Shown: piece by piece, positions 1 through 11,900 of the stretch
Layout: every line of letters starts with the position of its first letter
Numbering within the stretch: position 1 is the stretch's first letter
NCBI GenBank assembly: GCA_951406725.2
Contig: OX597815.1
Coordinates: 71,176,001-71,240,000 of the forward strand
Direction: 5' to 3'
DNA from: Octopus vulgaris
Lineage: Eukaryota
DNA: 64,000 bases
The notes under the pieces: model-generated
Seen by the model: the letters and a program-made list of their open reading frames with translations, nothing else
The model's database searches: none
Told to the model about the DNA's origin: nothing
Made by a program: the position numbers and the translations under genes

Positions 1-67
1 ATTTAATATCGTTTGTTTTATCATTTAACATATGAATAAGAAATGCGACATTAATATTCAAGACATA

Positions 68-420
68 AAGCTGGGGAACTGGCGGACACGGAAACGTGGT
101 GAGTTAGATATCATATAATATATGTTAGTTTCATGGCAGCATGCTAACATTTCTGCCATCACGCCGGGCGAAATACTTTTCGTCTGTCTTTAAGTTCTGA
201 GTTTAAATTCGCCGAGGTCGACTTTGCCTTTCATCCTTTCGGGGTCGATAAATTAAGTACCAGTTGTGTACTGTGGTCAATCTAATCGACTGGCCCCTCC
301 CGAAACATTTCGGGCCTTGTGCCTAAAGAAGAAAAGAATATATGTTAGTTTCGTCTCTAATATTCTAAGTTCAAATTACATCGAATCTTTTTCTCTCTCT
401 TCATTTCTAGGGGTCGACGG
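68..420 (+). mobile_element. SINE family B: younger copy (~133-339) nested in an older decayed copy
   Basis: B-box-like GAGTTTAAATTCGCC, then GAGGTCGACTTTGCCTTTCATCCTTTCGGGGTCGATAAATTAAGTACCAG. A 13-bp direct repeat ATATGTTAGTTTC at 120-132 and 340-352 acts as TSD. Confidence 0.7.
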
Positions 421-627
421 ATTCGATTGATTAATGCCTTTTAATATAGAAGAAGTTTCGGGTCTAATTATGGTCATTAAATAAATACGATATCTTGAAG
501 GTTACTTTTGCGTTCAATTAAATCAAGGAATTCAGCGACAACTGGGTTCTAACCACCCTCACCTTAACTTTGGTATGCATAACTCTGGAACCAGCGTCAG
601 TATTGAGAAATGCCTTCCAGAGAAATG

Positions 628-778
628 TCAGGCTGAATGGTAATAAGCTTGCTTCCCAACCACATGGCTCCGGGTTCAATCTTACTGCGTGTCAAAATCA
701 GCAGATGTCTTCTACTATAGTATCGGACCGGTCAAAACCCTGTGAGTAGATTTGAAAGAAAGAAACTGAAAGAAGCCC

Positions 779-842
<64 letters not shown>

Positions 843-1155
843 CCTTTTTTGTATCGCCTAACTGTCTGGATGTTTTGCGTTCTTGTCCCATTTTATATTA
901 TATATATATATATATATAAATATCTTTGTCTTTATGCTTGTGTTTGTGTTTGTCCCCCACCACCGCTTGACAACCGATGATGGTGTGTTTACGTTCCTGT
1001 AACTTTGCGGTTCAGCAAAAGAGACCAATAGAATAAGTACTAGGCTTAAAAACAAAAAGATATGTCTCGAGGTCGATTTGTTTGGCTAAAACCCTTCAAT
1101 GCGGTACCCCAGCATGGCTACAATCAATTAACTGAAACAAGTAAAGCATAAAAGA
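628..1155 (+). mobile_element. tRNA-derived SINE family A with internal (TA)n
   Basis: Head GGCTG..TGGTAA..GCTTGCTTCCCAACCACATGG.TCCGGGTTCA, body ..GAAACTGAAAGAAGCCCG, (TA)n, 3' half ..GAGACCAATAGAATAAGTACTAGG..ACTGAAACAAGTAAA. Matches about 18 other copies in the window. Confidence 0.85.
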
Positions 1156-1262
1156 TATGTGTGTGTGTGTGAGTATATATATATATATACAATATGCACT
1201 TTATAGCATTCGTTCACTACGCGCGCTTGGCCGGTGTGGCTGATTGCATCTTCGGCAATGGA

Positions 1263-1421
1263 TGTTAGTAGTGCATTTGGGAGCAGGTCCACAACTGTTC
1301 TTCAAGGGAAAACTTTATTGCATAGTATCAGGGACATATCTTTTGTGCTGACCGGAGCAGTGCTTAAGTTTGCTACCCGCACACCCTTAGCTACACTACT
1401 GTATTGCACTCACAGAAAATA

Positions 1422-1457
<36 letters not shown>

Positions 1458-1585
1458 TGCAATACATCACGTTTTCCTTCCTTAGTAATCTCGAGGCTTT
1501 GTGTAAAGTTCTCCTTATGTGTAAAGTTCTCCTTTGTGTAAAGTTCTCCTTATCCCCTCTCTGTAGTCAGTATTTATGGCACATA
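1263..1585 (-). mobile_element. Possible solo-LTR remnant with (CA)n and a 3x ~18-bp tandem repeat
   Basis: TGT..ACA-like ends, AATAAA on the minus strand, TGTGTAAAGTTCTCCTT three times at ~1500-1550. No TSD verified. Confidence 0.3.
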
Positions 1586-2120
1586 CACACAATATAAAAT
1601 ATTATTAATCCTAACTACAGAGAAGAAGATAAGGACAGCTTATAACGAATTTACATGGGAAGGGGAAATGTGACGTATTGTTTAAGTATATTCCAAGAAC
1701 ATAATGCTATTTATATAGAATGAAATATCTTCGAGCGGGAACAGCCCCCAAAATGCCAACGAAAAGTTTACTTCCAGCTTTAGGCTACAAAAATCAGTAG
1801 AATTATGCTTCACAAAGACTAACTAAAACTGACGGAGCAACACAGAGTGTGAGATACTATTGTATATAGTGTCGGAAACAGTCCAGAATCCAATTACACT
1901 TGGAACGTTCTCTGCAAAGAATCCAAATAACCACAATTGTGAAATGTAAGTAGGGAGTAAATAATATGAACAACATCTTGTGTTTATATTTTTTTCCAAT
2001 ATTTTGTTTGTATGTCATGACCGGTAATACTATTAAGTACCGTAATAACCATATCAGTTTATTCGAAGTAGACTGGGCGACACTACAAACACACTCGCAC
2101 ATCTATATCTATCCATTTAT

Positions 2121-2176
<56 letters not shown>

Positions 2177-2834
2177 ATAAATGTAGTCATTGGTTATGGC
2201 TGATCAGAAAATTAGCAATGGTTTCAAGTCTATTAATGCTCGTAGTAATCTAGGCAAGTCATCAGACTTGCTGTATCCGAAGGCACATAACCTCTACTGA
2301 TAAATCTTGGGCAGCAAATTCTGAAAAAAACACAGAAAGGAAATTAAGCTGCGATTAAATAACCACAGGTCCTCTTTTAGGATTCCAGAGAGGCGCAACG
2401 TTATGTCTTTGGAAAACTACATATGATATTTAAAAGAAGAGAGAACGTCTTACAGAATTAAATGCAAGTTCCTGTTGCCCATACCTCAACGGGATCAGAC
2501 GATGCAAGCCTTGCTTGGCCCGGGGGGGGGGGGGCTTCTTAAATTCCAAAAGGTAAATCTATAGTCAGTTCCTTCATGAAAGAAAATTCATGTTGAAGAT
2601 ATGGCGTTCCCCGCACATAAACTTATCCTTTTCGAACATAATTGGAATCTGTCAATGGAAGATAACTCACCCAGATATGATTTTCTGAATACAGCTTACA
2701 TGACATTACAATTTAAACAGACGAATAAATATTTTCAGTCAAGAACATTTCAATATCAGCAAAAAAAAAACAAAAAAAAAACAAAAAAAAAAAACAATAA
2801 AACTGTTCGACAAATGGTAGAGAAGTTCAAGAGG

Positions 2835-2992
2835 CATAGTTGTGCGGGTAAGAAGCTTGCTTTACAATCATGCGGTTTCTGGTTCAGTCCCACTGCACGG
2901 CACCTTGGACAAGTGCCTTGAACTATAGGTCCGGGCCGACCAGTGCCTCATGAGGAAATTCAGTAGATGGAAACTGTGAGACGCCTGTCCTA

Positions 2993-3057
<65 letters not shown>

Positions 3058-3270
3058 CCGAGTTTCTGTGCATATGTGTGCTGTATTTATCCCTACCAAC
3101 CGGTATTGGTTTGTCGGTTTCTATTGCCGAAGCGCAATAGTGACCGATAGAATAGGTATCAGACTTTTTAAAAGAATAAGTAATGAGGTCGGCAATTTCG
3201 ACAAAATCATTCAAAGCGGTGCTCCAGCATGGCCTCCGCCCAGTGACTGAAACAAATGAAAGATAACAGA
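2835..3270 (+). mobile_element. SINE family A with internal (TG)n
   Basis: Same head, body and tail blocks as the other family A copies. Confidence 0.85.
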
Positions 3271-3844
3271 TACGATGATAAACAAGTAGCTACATTTTTA
3301 TATAATGTAAAGAATGAAAAGACAACCGGTCCTAATAACAATGACTGAATGCTTAAAAAGGGTATGATTACGTCTGAACGGACTATAATTGTTTCGTCTG
3401 CAGAGCATATGAATATTAGTAAGATTAGTCATACCATGAAAACGTGAGTACTCAAATATTAGGATTAAAATCATAAACACACCCAAACGAACAAACAGAA
3501 GAAAGCACGAATACACAGCATAAACTACAATAAAACGTCTATAACACTTCGGGTGTAAAGCGAACTGATTCTGGGTTACAGCTAAAAAGAAAGGTTAAGT
3601 ACCGTTCCAGAGCCGGTATTCAATTTCTGTTTCGAAAACGTTCAACGAACGGAGATACGTTTCTTTCAATATGATGACATGCGACGACCGTAGATATTTT
3701 TTCCGCCGGATAAATTGAAACTAGTTTTTGTATAAAATATTTGCAATTCTGACGATTCGGTTGCGGCTTTAATTGGTGGCCATTTAGCTATGACTTAAAC
3801 TGCATTTGTTAATGGGACACTGGTCCTAGATTCCACGGTTTTGA

Positions 3845-4140
3845 GGAGTGTGAAATCACCTCTTAGCCACTATTTTCCCAGGTCTGTTCTGTCCCAGAGT
3901 AGCAGCACCTGTAAATTCAGATTCCCAGCTATGTCACAGAATTGTCTCCAGTAGATCACTTACAAACACTGCAACGGTCCCAGAGCAGATGAAGCTCTTC
4001 ATTCAGTTCTTTAGCTGTTCATCTCAGAGACGGTAACTCCGTACGAATCCTGCTCATGATACTTGTTTCGCCAGACCAATAAAGAAGAATAAGAGAGTGG
4101 GACTGGTTCCGTACAAACCATACCCCATTTTAATTATAAA
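3845..4140 (+). mobile_element. Decayed interspersed repeat, possibly the 5' region of an RTE-type LINE
   Basis: GC-richer island GGAGTGTGAAATCACCTC..CCCAGGTCTG..CTGTCCCAGAGTAGCAGCACCTGT recalled from molluscan RTE 5' regions. No ORF. Confidence 0.3.
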
Positions 4141-4568
4141 TCCTGCTGCTTTGGAGAGTAATCTACTGAACGTTTAAAAAAGGTTAAAAGAGTAAACGGA
4201 TGCTGCGAACATGTTAATTTGTTTTTCCTTCATGGCGAGTCCTTGACTGGCGCGATGGTAAATGATCTTGGGACTAGACACTTACTTCTGAAAACAGCCC
4301 ATCCACAGCAGAAGTAGTTAAGTTACTGACTCTGCAATGTCGTCGACTAACACAAAAAAGGCCAGCTAACAACAACCAGTTAGCTGCACAGTGTTGGGTA
4401 AAACAGACTGTTGAGATATAGGGCCGTTAACCATTGATAAAATACGGTATGAATGACGGGATATAAAAAAAAACTGAATTCTGAGTTGATATTCTGTTAC
4501 CAAATAATTTCATCTGCCTGAGAATTACAGTAATACAACAAACATCTTTGTACTAACAATTTTAACAT

Positions 4569-4744
4569 AGGCGCAGGAGTGGCTGTGTGGTAAGAAGTTA
4601 GTTTCCCAACTACATGGTTCTGGGGTTTAGTCCCACTGTGTGGCACCTTGGGCAAGTATTTTCTGCTATAACCTTCGGCCGACCAAAGCCTTGACAGTGG
4701 ATTTGGTAAACGGAAACTGAAAGAAGACTGTTTTATTCACACAC

Positions 4745-4820
<76 letters not shown>

Positions 4821-5215
4821 AAACACACACACACATAGTTCAAATCTATAGAAAAACAAAAGACGAAGACAGGTGCATGAACAACGAACAAGTGTATTAT
4901 TTTGACACTCGGGAAAAATGAAAAGTATTTTACGTTTCGAGCCAACGCTCTTCAATAGAAAAGAATAAGAGAAAATAAACAGAGAGAGAATGGTCCAACA
5001 TGGATATATATATGAATGTGTGTGTTTGCTTCACCACAACCGGTGCTGGTGTGTTTAAGTCTCCGTAACCTAGCAGTTCGGCAGAAGAGCCCGATAGAAT
5101 ACTACCAGGTTTAAGAAGAAAATAAATACTGGGGTTGATTAGTTAAACTAAAATTTTTCAAGGTAGTGCTTCAGCTTGGCCGCAGTCTAATGACTGAAAA
5201 GGGAAAAAAGATTTT
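4569..5215 (+). mobile_element. SINE family A with (CA)n and an inserted PLE-like fragment
   Basis: Full head AGGCGCAGGAGTGGCTGTGTGGTAAGAAG..; 3' half from ~5015. Confidence 0.85.
4845..5005 (-). mobile_element. PLE-like pseudo-LTR fragment with a minimal hammerhead relic
   Basis: Minus strand CUAUUGA-A-GAGC-guug-GCUC-GAAAC-GUA at ~4931-4958. Confidence 0.5.
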
Positions 5216-5439
5216 AAAAAGCAGTGGTACCACACATTTGGGGAGAAGAGTAAATTCAGATCTACCGGCGGATTTGATTTGTTGAATAGATCCTGCCAGG
5301 AACGAAAAGCAAAATTGTCACCGACATAATTCGTAAACAGCAAGCAAAATATGAAATGCTGAAAGGTTTTTTTATTTTTCTCTAGGGCTATACTGAATCC
5401 ACCAGCCAACATCCGAATAAATAACGGCTTCATATTTTG

Positions 5440-5882
5440 GCCCAAGGCCTACAATTTCGAGGAAGTGTGGGGGGGGGGAATAAGTCGATAACATCGGCCC
5501 CAGTCCTCAACTTATTTTATCGACTTCGAGAGGATGAAAGGATGAACCTCGGCAGAATTTGAACTCAGAACGTAAAGATGGACGAAATAACCGATAAGCA
5601 TTTTGTAAGGCATGCCAACGATTCTACCAGCTCGCCGCCTTATCGTCTTAAGTAATAATCCTTTCTGCTATAGGAGCAACGTCTGAATTTTTTTCCTGCG
5701 TGGGTAGGGTTCCAGTCAATTACATCGACTCCAGTGTTCAACTGGTACTTATTTTATCGACTTCGAAAGGATGAAGGGCAAAGTCGATCTCGGTGGGATT
5801 TGAACTTAGAACGTAAGGACAGACGAAATGCCGATAAGCATTTTTCCCGGCGTGCTAACGATTCCGCCAGCTCGCCGCTTTA
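5440..5882 (-). mobile_element. Two tandem SINE family B copies
   Basis: Reverse complement of GGCGGCGAGCTGG(C/T)AGAATCG..GTTCTGAGTTCAAAT..CTTCATCCT..TCGATAAAATAAG, twice. Confidence 0.85.
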
Positions 5883-5902
5883 ATTACCCTAAATGATAAT
5901 AA

Positions 5903-6212
5903 TGTTGTTGTTGTTTGTTCCTTCTCAAGACATGCCTGGTTCATAAGGGTCGGTTTCGCGGTTTCAATGGCGTATAGGTTCTTCACCTGCTCGGAACGCC
6001 CGTCCGCCACAGGTGCTAGATGTAGGATGTTAGATGTAGGAGGAAATAGTGAGAGAAAGTTGTGGCAAAAGAGCAGAAGTTCGCCATTACCTTCTGTCGG
6101 AGCCGCGTGGAGCTAAGGTGTTTCACTCATAAACCCACACATCACCAGGTCTGAGATTTGAACCCGCGATCCCTCGACCGCGAGTCCGCTGCTCTAACCG
6201 CTAGGCCTCCAC
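5903..6212 (-). mobile_element. tRNA-derived SINE family D with (AAC)n tail
   Basis: Minus strand GGCCTAGCGGTTAGAGCAGCGGACTCGCGGTCGAGGGATCGCGGGTTCAAATCTC (A and B boxes) ending GAAGGAACAAACAACAACAAC. Confidence 0.75.
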
Positions 6213-6231
6213 TATTGATAATAATAATTCT

Positions 6232-6565
6232 GTCTAATGTTGACACAAGGCCAGTAATTTTTAGGGTGTGGGTAGTTGTCGATTACATTGACCCTAATAT
6301 TTGACTAGTACTTTATTTCATCGACTTTGAAAGGAGGAAAAGCAAATTTGACCTTCGCGGTATTTGAATACAGAATGTAAAGAGTTGAAAGAAATGTCGC
6401 TAAGAATTTTCGAAGCCTTAACGTTTCTGTCAGCCCACCACCTTTCTTAATAGTTTCAAATTTTGGCACAAGGGCAGTAATTTTGAGGAGTTAATCGATG
6501 CCAACGGTCCCAGTATTTAACTAGTAATATATCTTATCGAGTCCGATTGGATAAAAAGCAAAGCT
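6232..6565 (-). mobile_element. Two decayed SINE family B copies
   Basis: Degenerate family B blocks (CACAAGG, TCGA..TAAAA, GCAAA..TGACC). Confidence 0.65.
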
Positions 6566-7069
6566 GACACATGAGGATAACTCTAGAGTTTAACTTTAGG
6601 ACAGAATATTATATTCATATCTCGAAGCTGTATCTTACTTTACTTTTCAGTATTTCAAGGATCAATACAATAATTATAAGTAGTATACTAATGGCGGGTG
6701 GTGGTAAAATGCAGTAGAATTTCATGGAATCTCACAAGGTCTATCAAAGTGTTTTGGGAAACTTTGATCAGCACTTTTTTTTGTTTTTACTTGCTGGATG
6801 TGAGGGAAGGGGTATCTGCCCTTGCAGACACTTCAAGACCACAGACTATCCAAGCAATTATCAGACATAAACTGTATGTTTAATATCTGAAAAGAAGAAG
6901 GGACATAACTCCGGTAAGATCAGATGATCGAAATTTACAAACAATATAGACAAAGTGATAGATCAGAATGGATCTAGACCACTTCTCTATAAATGTGAGG
7001 TCAAAAAACAATTATTACCGATACAGTTTCCTTTTCTAATTATTAGTACAAATATTTAAATGTGAAGTC

Positions 7070-7330
7070 GTAGGGCTATTAGGATTATGATCGGTTCCTG
7101 CGCCAGTCGGGTCGCCGTGTCCTTGAGTAAAGTGCATTATTTTTCGTTGCTCTAGTCTGCTCAACTATATACGAATACCAACTTAGCACTGGTACAGTTC
7201 CCTGTTAGTGTTGTGTATGTGTGTGTGTTTTCTTTCCTCCTGCCAACTCTCACGCCCTCAATCTCCCACTGAGTCAAGAGTACGAAACCCGAGAGGGTAT
7301 CTATGTCTGCTTGCGACTATGCAGGTGTCT
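7070..7330 (+). mobile_element. Decayed SINE family C
   Basis: GTGTCCTTGAGTAAAG..TTGCTCTAGTCTGCTCAACT, similar to 12680-13010. Confidence 0.5.
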
Positions 7331-7938
7331 AAAATAATAAATGAAAGCATGGTACATGCTATCAATATTACACGCTTGCGGGTGACTGCTAAACTTTATT
7401 TCTGGGTTACTACTTTATATCTACAATAATAAAGGCTTACAATTGCTCTACATAGACATATTATGCCTTTTGGAATCAGGATGATCCCAGGATTATAAAT
7501 CTGTCCTTCATTTGGTTATTGAAAATCCAGCATCAGGATCTGATTTAAAAGCTTTTAGTTTACTATTTCTAGCGTATAATGCTTGGTTGATTCATGCCAT
7601 TTTGGTGGCGTTTGTCAGATGACGTAAGAGATCAACGGGGAGATAAATGACATTTGCTTCGTTAATTTTACATCGCGATAAGAACTTTGGGACAAATTGG
7701 TCAACAATTAAAATTCAACTTTGGACTGAAACAATAGTAATGATTGCATTACCGAATTAATTCTCGTCCGTCCTCAATCACTGATCAAACACCACCGGGG
7801 CATATAATCATTATAGACATATTGCAGTTTAGTTTTGGGTCGCAGGCCCAATTAGCCCTCCGCAGGAGCTAGCTAATTAGGCGGCTTTTAAGCTAGTATA
7901 CATGTATATATAAATACATACATACATACATACATACA

Positions 7939-8031
<93 letters not shown>

Positions 8032-8038
8032 TAAGGTA

Positions 8039-8078
<40 letters not shown>

Positions 8079-8079
8079 T

Positions 8080-8365
8080 ACCTTAATACAGTGTAGACCA
8101 AGATTTTCGTTGACAGACCGTTGGTATTTATAGAGTGTTAAACACTTTCGGTATATAAATTAGGGACTCCTTCATAGAATAATTGATGCATTTGTTCAGT
8201 ATATAGACAGTTTAGCTACTTGTTTTTTCTAGATATCTTCAAAATTATGTGGACGCCTCTGATGTGGGCCCAATAAGGTTGGAAAACCGATTAAGGTTCT
8301 TCATATTTTTCAGTCTGCGAAGAAATGGCTAAAATTTGCCCTGTTTATAATTATACCATATGTTA
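8080..8365 (+). mobile_element. PLE-like fragment after (TA)n with a decayed hammerhead
   Basis: CCU-CUGAUGu-gggcccaauaagguug-GAAAAC-CGAU-UA-AGG at 8256-8296. Confidence 0.45.
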
Positions 8366-8589
8366 CGTATATACACACATACATATACATGTACAGATAT
8401 ATGTCCCTAAATTTATCTGCTTATCTATCTATCAGATTATCTATCCATAGACCTATCAATATATATATATATAAAGCTGACTATCCATCGCTTTATCTAA
8501 CTGTCCGTCTGTCTGTTTATCTATCAACATCTCCCCCTCTCTTACTCTCACTGACGCTATCTGTCTCTCTACCTATTTATTTATACGAC

Positions 8590-8755
8590 AAGCTTTTGCA
8601 CCGTTTCCACCTACCAAATTCGACTGAAATTAATTGTATTGGCCATCTCGAGACAACGTTAAAAAATAATTGCTCAATTTGCTACGGGGTGAGATCAAGA
8701 CTGGCAACTATGTAGTTACAAAACAACCTTCCTAGCCACATAGCCATACCTGCTG
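8590..8755 (-). mobile_element. SINE family A, 5' part, decayed
   Basis: CGTTTCCACCTACCAAATTC..CCACATAGCCATACCTGC is the reverse complement of the head and body. Confidence 0.6.
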
Positions 8756-9097
8756 TCATATATTAATTATGTTGTGGAATTGTTTCTAGAGCTTGTACAA
8801 TGAGATATTCTAAAGATAGTTCCCAGCTGTTCTATCTAACGTTATGACAACAATTTAATTTCCTTAGCAATAGCTTTCTCTTCGTATTACGCAATTAAAT
8901 TACTTGAAAATAGAAACTAAATATCAATTGCGTTATATCTTTTTACATTGTCACTTCAAAATTCAGCTACGGCCAACTCATTTTTACGCACCGAAGCACA
9001 TTTATATGTATATGTATGTACGTATATACATATTCATATTCATACATACATACATATACTTATATATATATATATATATATACATACATATATATAC

Positions 9098-9182
<85 letters not shown>

Positions 9183-9304
9183 TTTAGCTTTTACTTTATC
9201 ATTATTAAGATAGCAGAATAGTGTGAAGAATCTATGATTCTTTTATAGAAATTTATTAATTTTCTCTTAAGCATAGCCTAAAAATATAATGAAAACAGAC
9301 AAAT

Positions 9305-9454
9305 GAGTTGTTTACTATTGCTACAATTGTTTCATTAAATGTCTTTATTGTGACGTAAACATGATACAGTCAGGTGTGCAATATGCACAACATTAATACA
9401 ATTATGTAATACGTTATGTAAGGCTCAACTCATCAGGAGACCAAATAAACAATC
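9305..9454 (-). ncRNA. Type I hammerhead ribozyme with long stem II extension
   Basis: CUGAUGA (9436-9430); stem II GUUGAG/UUUAAU; GAAA (9333-9330); C-AAUU-GUA palindromic stem III and cleavage triplet (9329-9322); distal stem I UUGUUUAU/GUAAACAA. Confidence 0.6.
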
Positions 9455-9599
9455 GAGCAATGACTTGTTGATTAATTAATTGATCATCAAAAGGTGACTT
9501 GTTTACAAGTACCATGTTTACATAACAATAAAGACTCTTAATGAAATACTTGTAGCAGTACGAGATAACCCATTCGTCTGTTCTTTATCATATATACAT

Positions 9600-9900
9600 G
9601 AGCAAAGCACAGTCACGAAGTTTCGAGTTCCATCCCATTACGTGGTATTTTGAACAAGTGCTATAGCCCGGGGTCGACCCAAATATTAAGAAGAATGTCA
9701 CTGGATGGAAAGAGACTGTTTGAAAGTCTATCAGGTGGACATCTAACATCTAGCCTTGTTATACTATGTCACGCCGAATCTGTCAATAAATAACGTTAAG
9801 AGAATACAGGCTGCGGTATATTGAACCAATTATAGCTAATTCAACGAACATGTAGTGTTTGAAGAATTAAACTCGGTATCGTCGAAACCGACAGAGGTCT
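9600..9900 (+). mobile_element. Decayed SINE A 5' piece followed by SINE C 3' piece
   Basis: CGAGTTCCATCCCATTACGTGG..CTATAGCCCGGG, then AGCCTTGTTATACTATGTCACG..TACGTTAAG-like block. Confidence 0.45.
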
Positions 9901-10029
9901 CTTTACTTTATTGTGTGTATGTATGTGTGTGTATGTGTATGCCTCTGTATGTATGCCTATGTGCGAGCGTGTGTGTGTGTGTATGAGTGTGTATATGTGT
10001 GTGGTAATATATGAGCCGTAAATCTTTTT

Positions 10030-10410
10030 GTATTCTTTTATCTTTTATTTGTTTTAATCATTAGGCTGTGGCCAAGCTGGGGTGTCACATTCAAGGGTTT
10101 CGTCGGAAAAACCGCCCCCAATACTTATTTTTAAGTCTGATACTTATTCTATCGCTCTCTTTTTGCCAAACCACTAAGTTACAGAAGCATAAACAAGCCA
10201 ACACAATTGCCAAGCCGAGTAGGAGCGGGAGAAACACAAACACGAAGACATCGACAGGCTTCCACGCAGTTTCCACCTTTCAAATTCACTCACGAAGAAT
10301 TCTTCGGTTCGACGCCATAGTAGAAGACACTTGCCGCCTGAAGTACAGCACGGTGGGATTGCACTTGAACCCGTGTGGTCGCAAAGTGAGCTTCTTAAGC
10401 ACATACATTT
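10030..10410 (-). mobile_element. SINE family A
   Basis: Reverse complement of the family A tail, body and partial head. Confidence 0.8.
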
Positions 10411-10575
10411 TATAAATGGAAAACCTTGTAAAACTTCGAGTAGAGTGGAGAGAGATATTTAATATAACAAAAGCTGACAGCTTACTAAGAGTTTCCTTAG
10501 ATTGGGCTTTTCACGACTATTCTCTCTCCCTCTCTCTCTCACATGCATACATGCACGTACAAGCACTAATAGTGA

Positions 10576-10670
<95 letters not shown>

Positions 10671-10911
10671 TCACTGTATAAATATGAGGGTAAAAAATGA
10701 AGATAATTTATTACCAGTGGTTTGCATGCTTAATAAAAGTGCCAAGACAAAATATTTTTATATATAAGAGTGTATAAAAATTTATACACGGAGAGAAGAC
10801 CCTTGACAAGACTTTTTACATGTTAAAAAGAGCAGTTAAACCCAAACCACGAAAAAGGGAATTCTTAAGGCACCCTGCTAATTGGCACTAGAGTGAATAA
10901 AAAATTAGTTA

Positions 10912-10981
10912 ATTTTATACTCGAGTTTCGCCATTAATGACCAAATAAATTAATTTGGTATCTGTAGCTTGTCAGTAGGAT
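10912..10981 (-). ncRNA. Type I hammerhead, partly decayed (left arm)
   Basis: AUCCUA-CUGACaA-GCU..ACCAAAU/AUUUGGU hairpin..GGC-GAAAC-UCGA-GUA-UAaaAU. Confidence 0.65.
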
Positions 10982-11603
10982 CGCTAAGGAATGCATAATT
11001 ATGCAGCTACAATTCGTACCGAAAAAAACGAAGCAAACACATGCGCAAGACAGCTCCATCCTTATATATTATGGATTCAAACTTAGTGTGCGAGCGTAGT
11101 CATAATAGCCTAGCAGTAAATAAATTTAAACTGGCTAAGAATTGGAAAATTGTAATGTATAACTATGAGGATAAAAAATTAAAATAATTTATTACCAGTG
11201 GTAATGTTTTTATTCACTTTAGTGCCTATTAGCAGCGTACCTTAAGAATTCTTTGTTTTTCTTTGTTGTTTGGGTTTAACATGTAAGAAGTCCTGTCAAG
11301 AGATCTCTTAGTGTATAAATCTTTATACACAGTTACATATGAAAATATTTTGTCTTTTATTAAGCATGCGAACCACTGATAATGAATTATTTTCATTTTT
11401 TACCCTCATACTTATACAGTAAAATTTTCCAATTCTTAGCCCATATAGTATACAGTTTAAATTTATTTACTGTTGGGCTATTATAACTACGCACGCGCAC
11501 TAAGTTTGAATCCATAATGTATAAAGATGGCGCTATCTTGCCCATGTGTTTGCCTCATGTCTTCGATACGTATTATAGTTACATAATTATGCATTCCTTA
11601 GTG

Positions 11604-11673
11604 ACCCTACCAACGGGCTGCAAATACCAAATTAATTTATTTGGTCATTAATAGCGAAACTCGAGTATAGGAT
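11604..11673 (+). ncRNA. Type I hammerhead, decayed core (right arm)
   Basis: AcCCUA-CcaACGg-GCU..AGC-GAAAC-UCGA-GUA-UAGGAU. The two-arm consensus restores CUGACGA and stem I AUCCUA/UAGGAU. Confidence 0.6.
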
Positions 11674-11817
11674 TAACGAATTTTTTATTCACTCTAGTGC
11701 CTATTAGTAGCGTGCCTTAAGAATCCCTTTTTTGTGGTTTGGGTTTAACTGCCCTTTTTAACATGTAAGAAGTTTTGTCAAGGGTTTTCTCTCTCCTTGT
11801 ATATATCTTTATACACA

Positions 11818-11900
<83 letters not shown>

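Larger units (their letters stand above)
10671..11820. mobile_element. Hammerhead-bearing ~480-bp monomer in tandem-permuted, inverted arrangement (PLE pseudo-LTR / retrozyme-like)
   Basis: Left arm period 481 bp (10675/11156); right arm is the reverse complement with period 475 bp (11211/11686). Arms ~87% identical by hand count. (TA)n on both sides. Confidence 0.8.

Noticed and set aside
2220-2272. Minus-strand CUGAUGA..GAAAC
   Set aside because: No stem II pairing and no GUH with stem III or stem I. Likely chance.
6140-6212. tRNA-like sequence on the minus strand
   Set aside because: No proper acceptor stem, and it continues into a SINE body with an (AAC)n tail. It is a SINE head, not a tRNA gene; the same applies to the family A, B and C heads.
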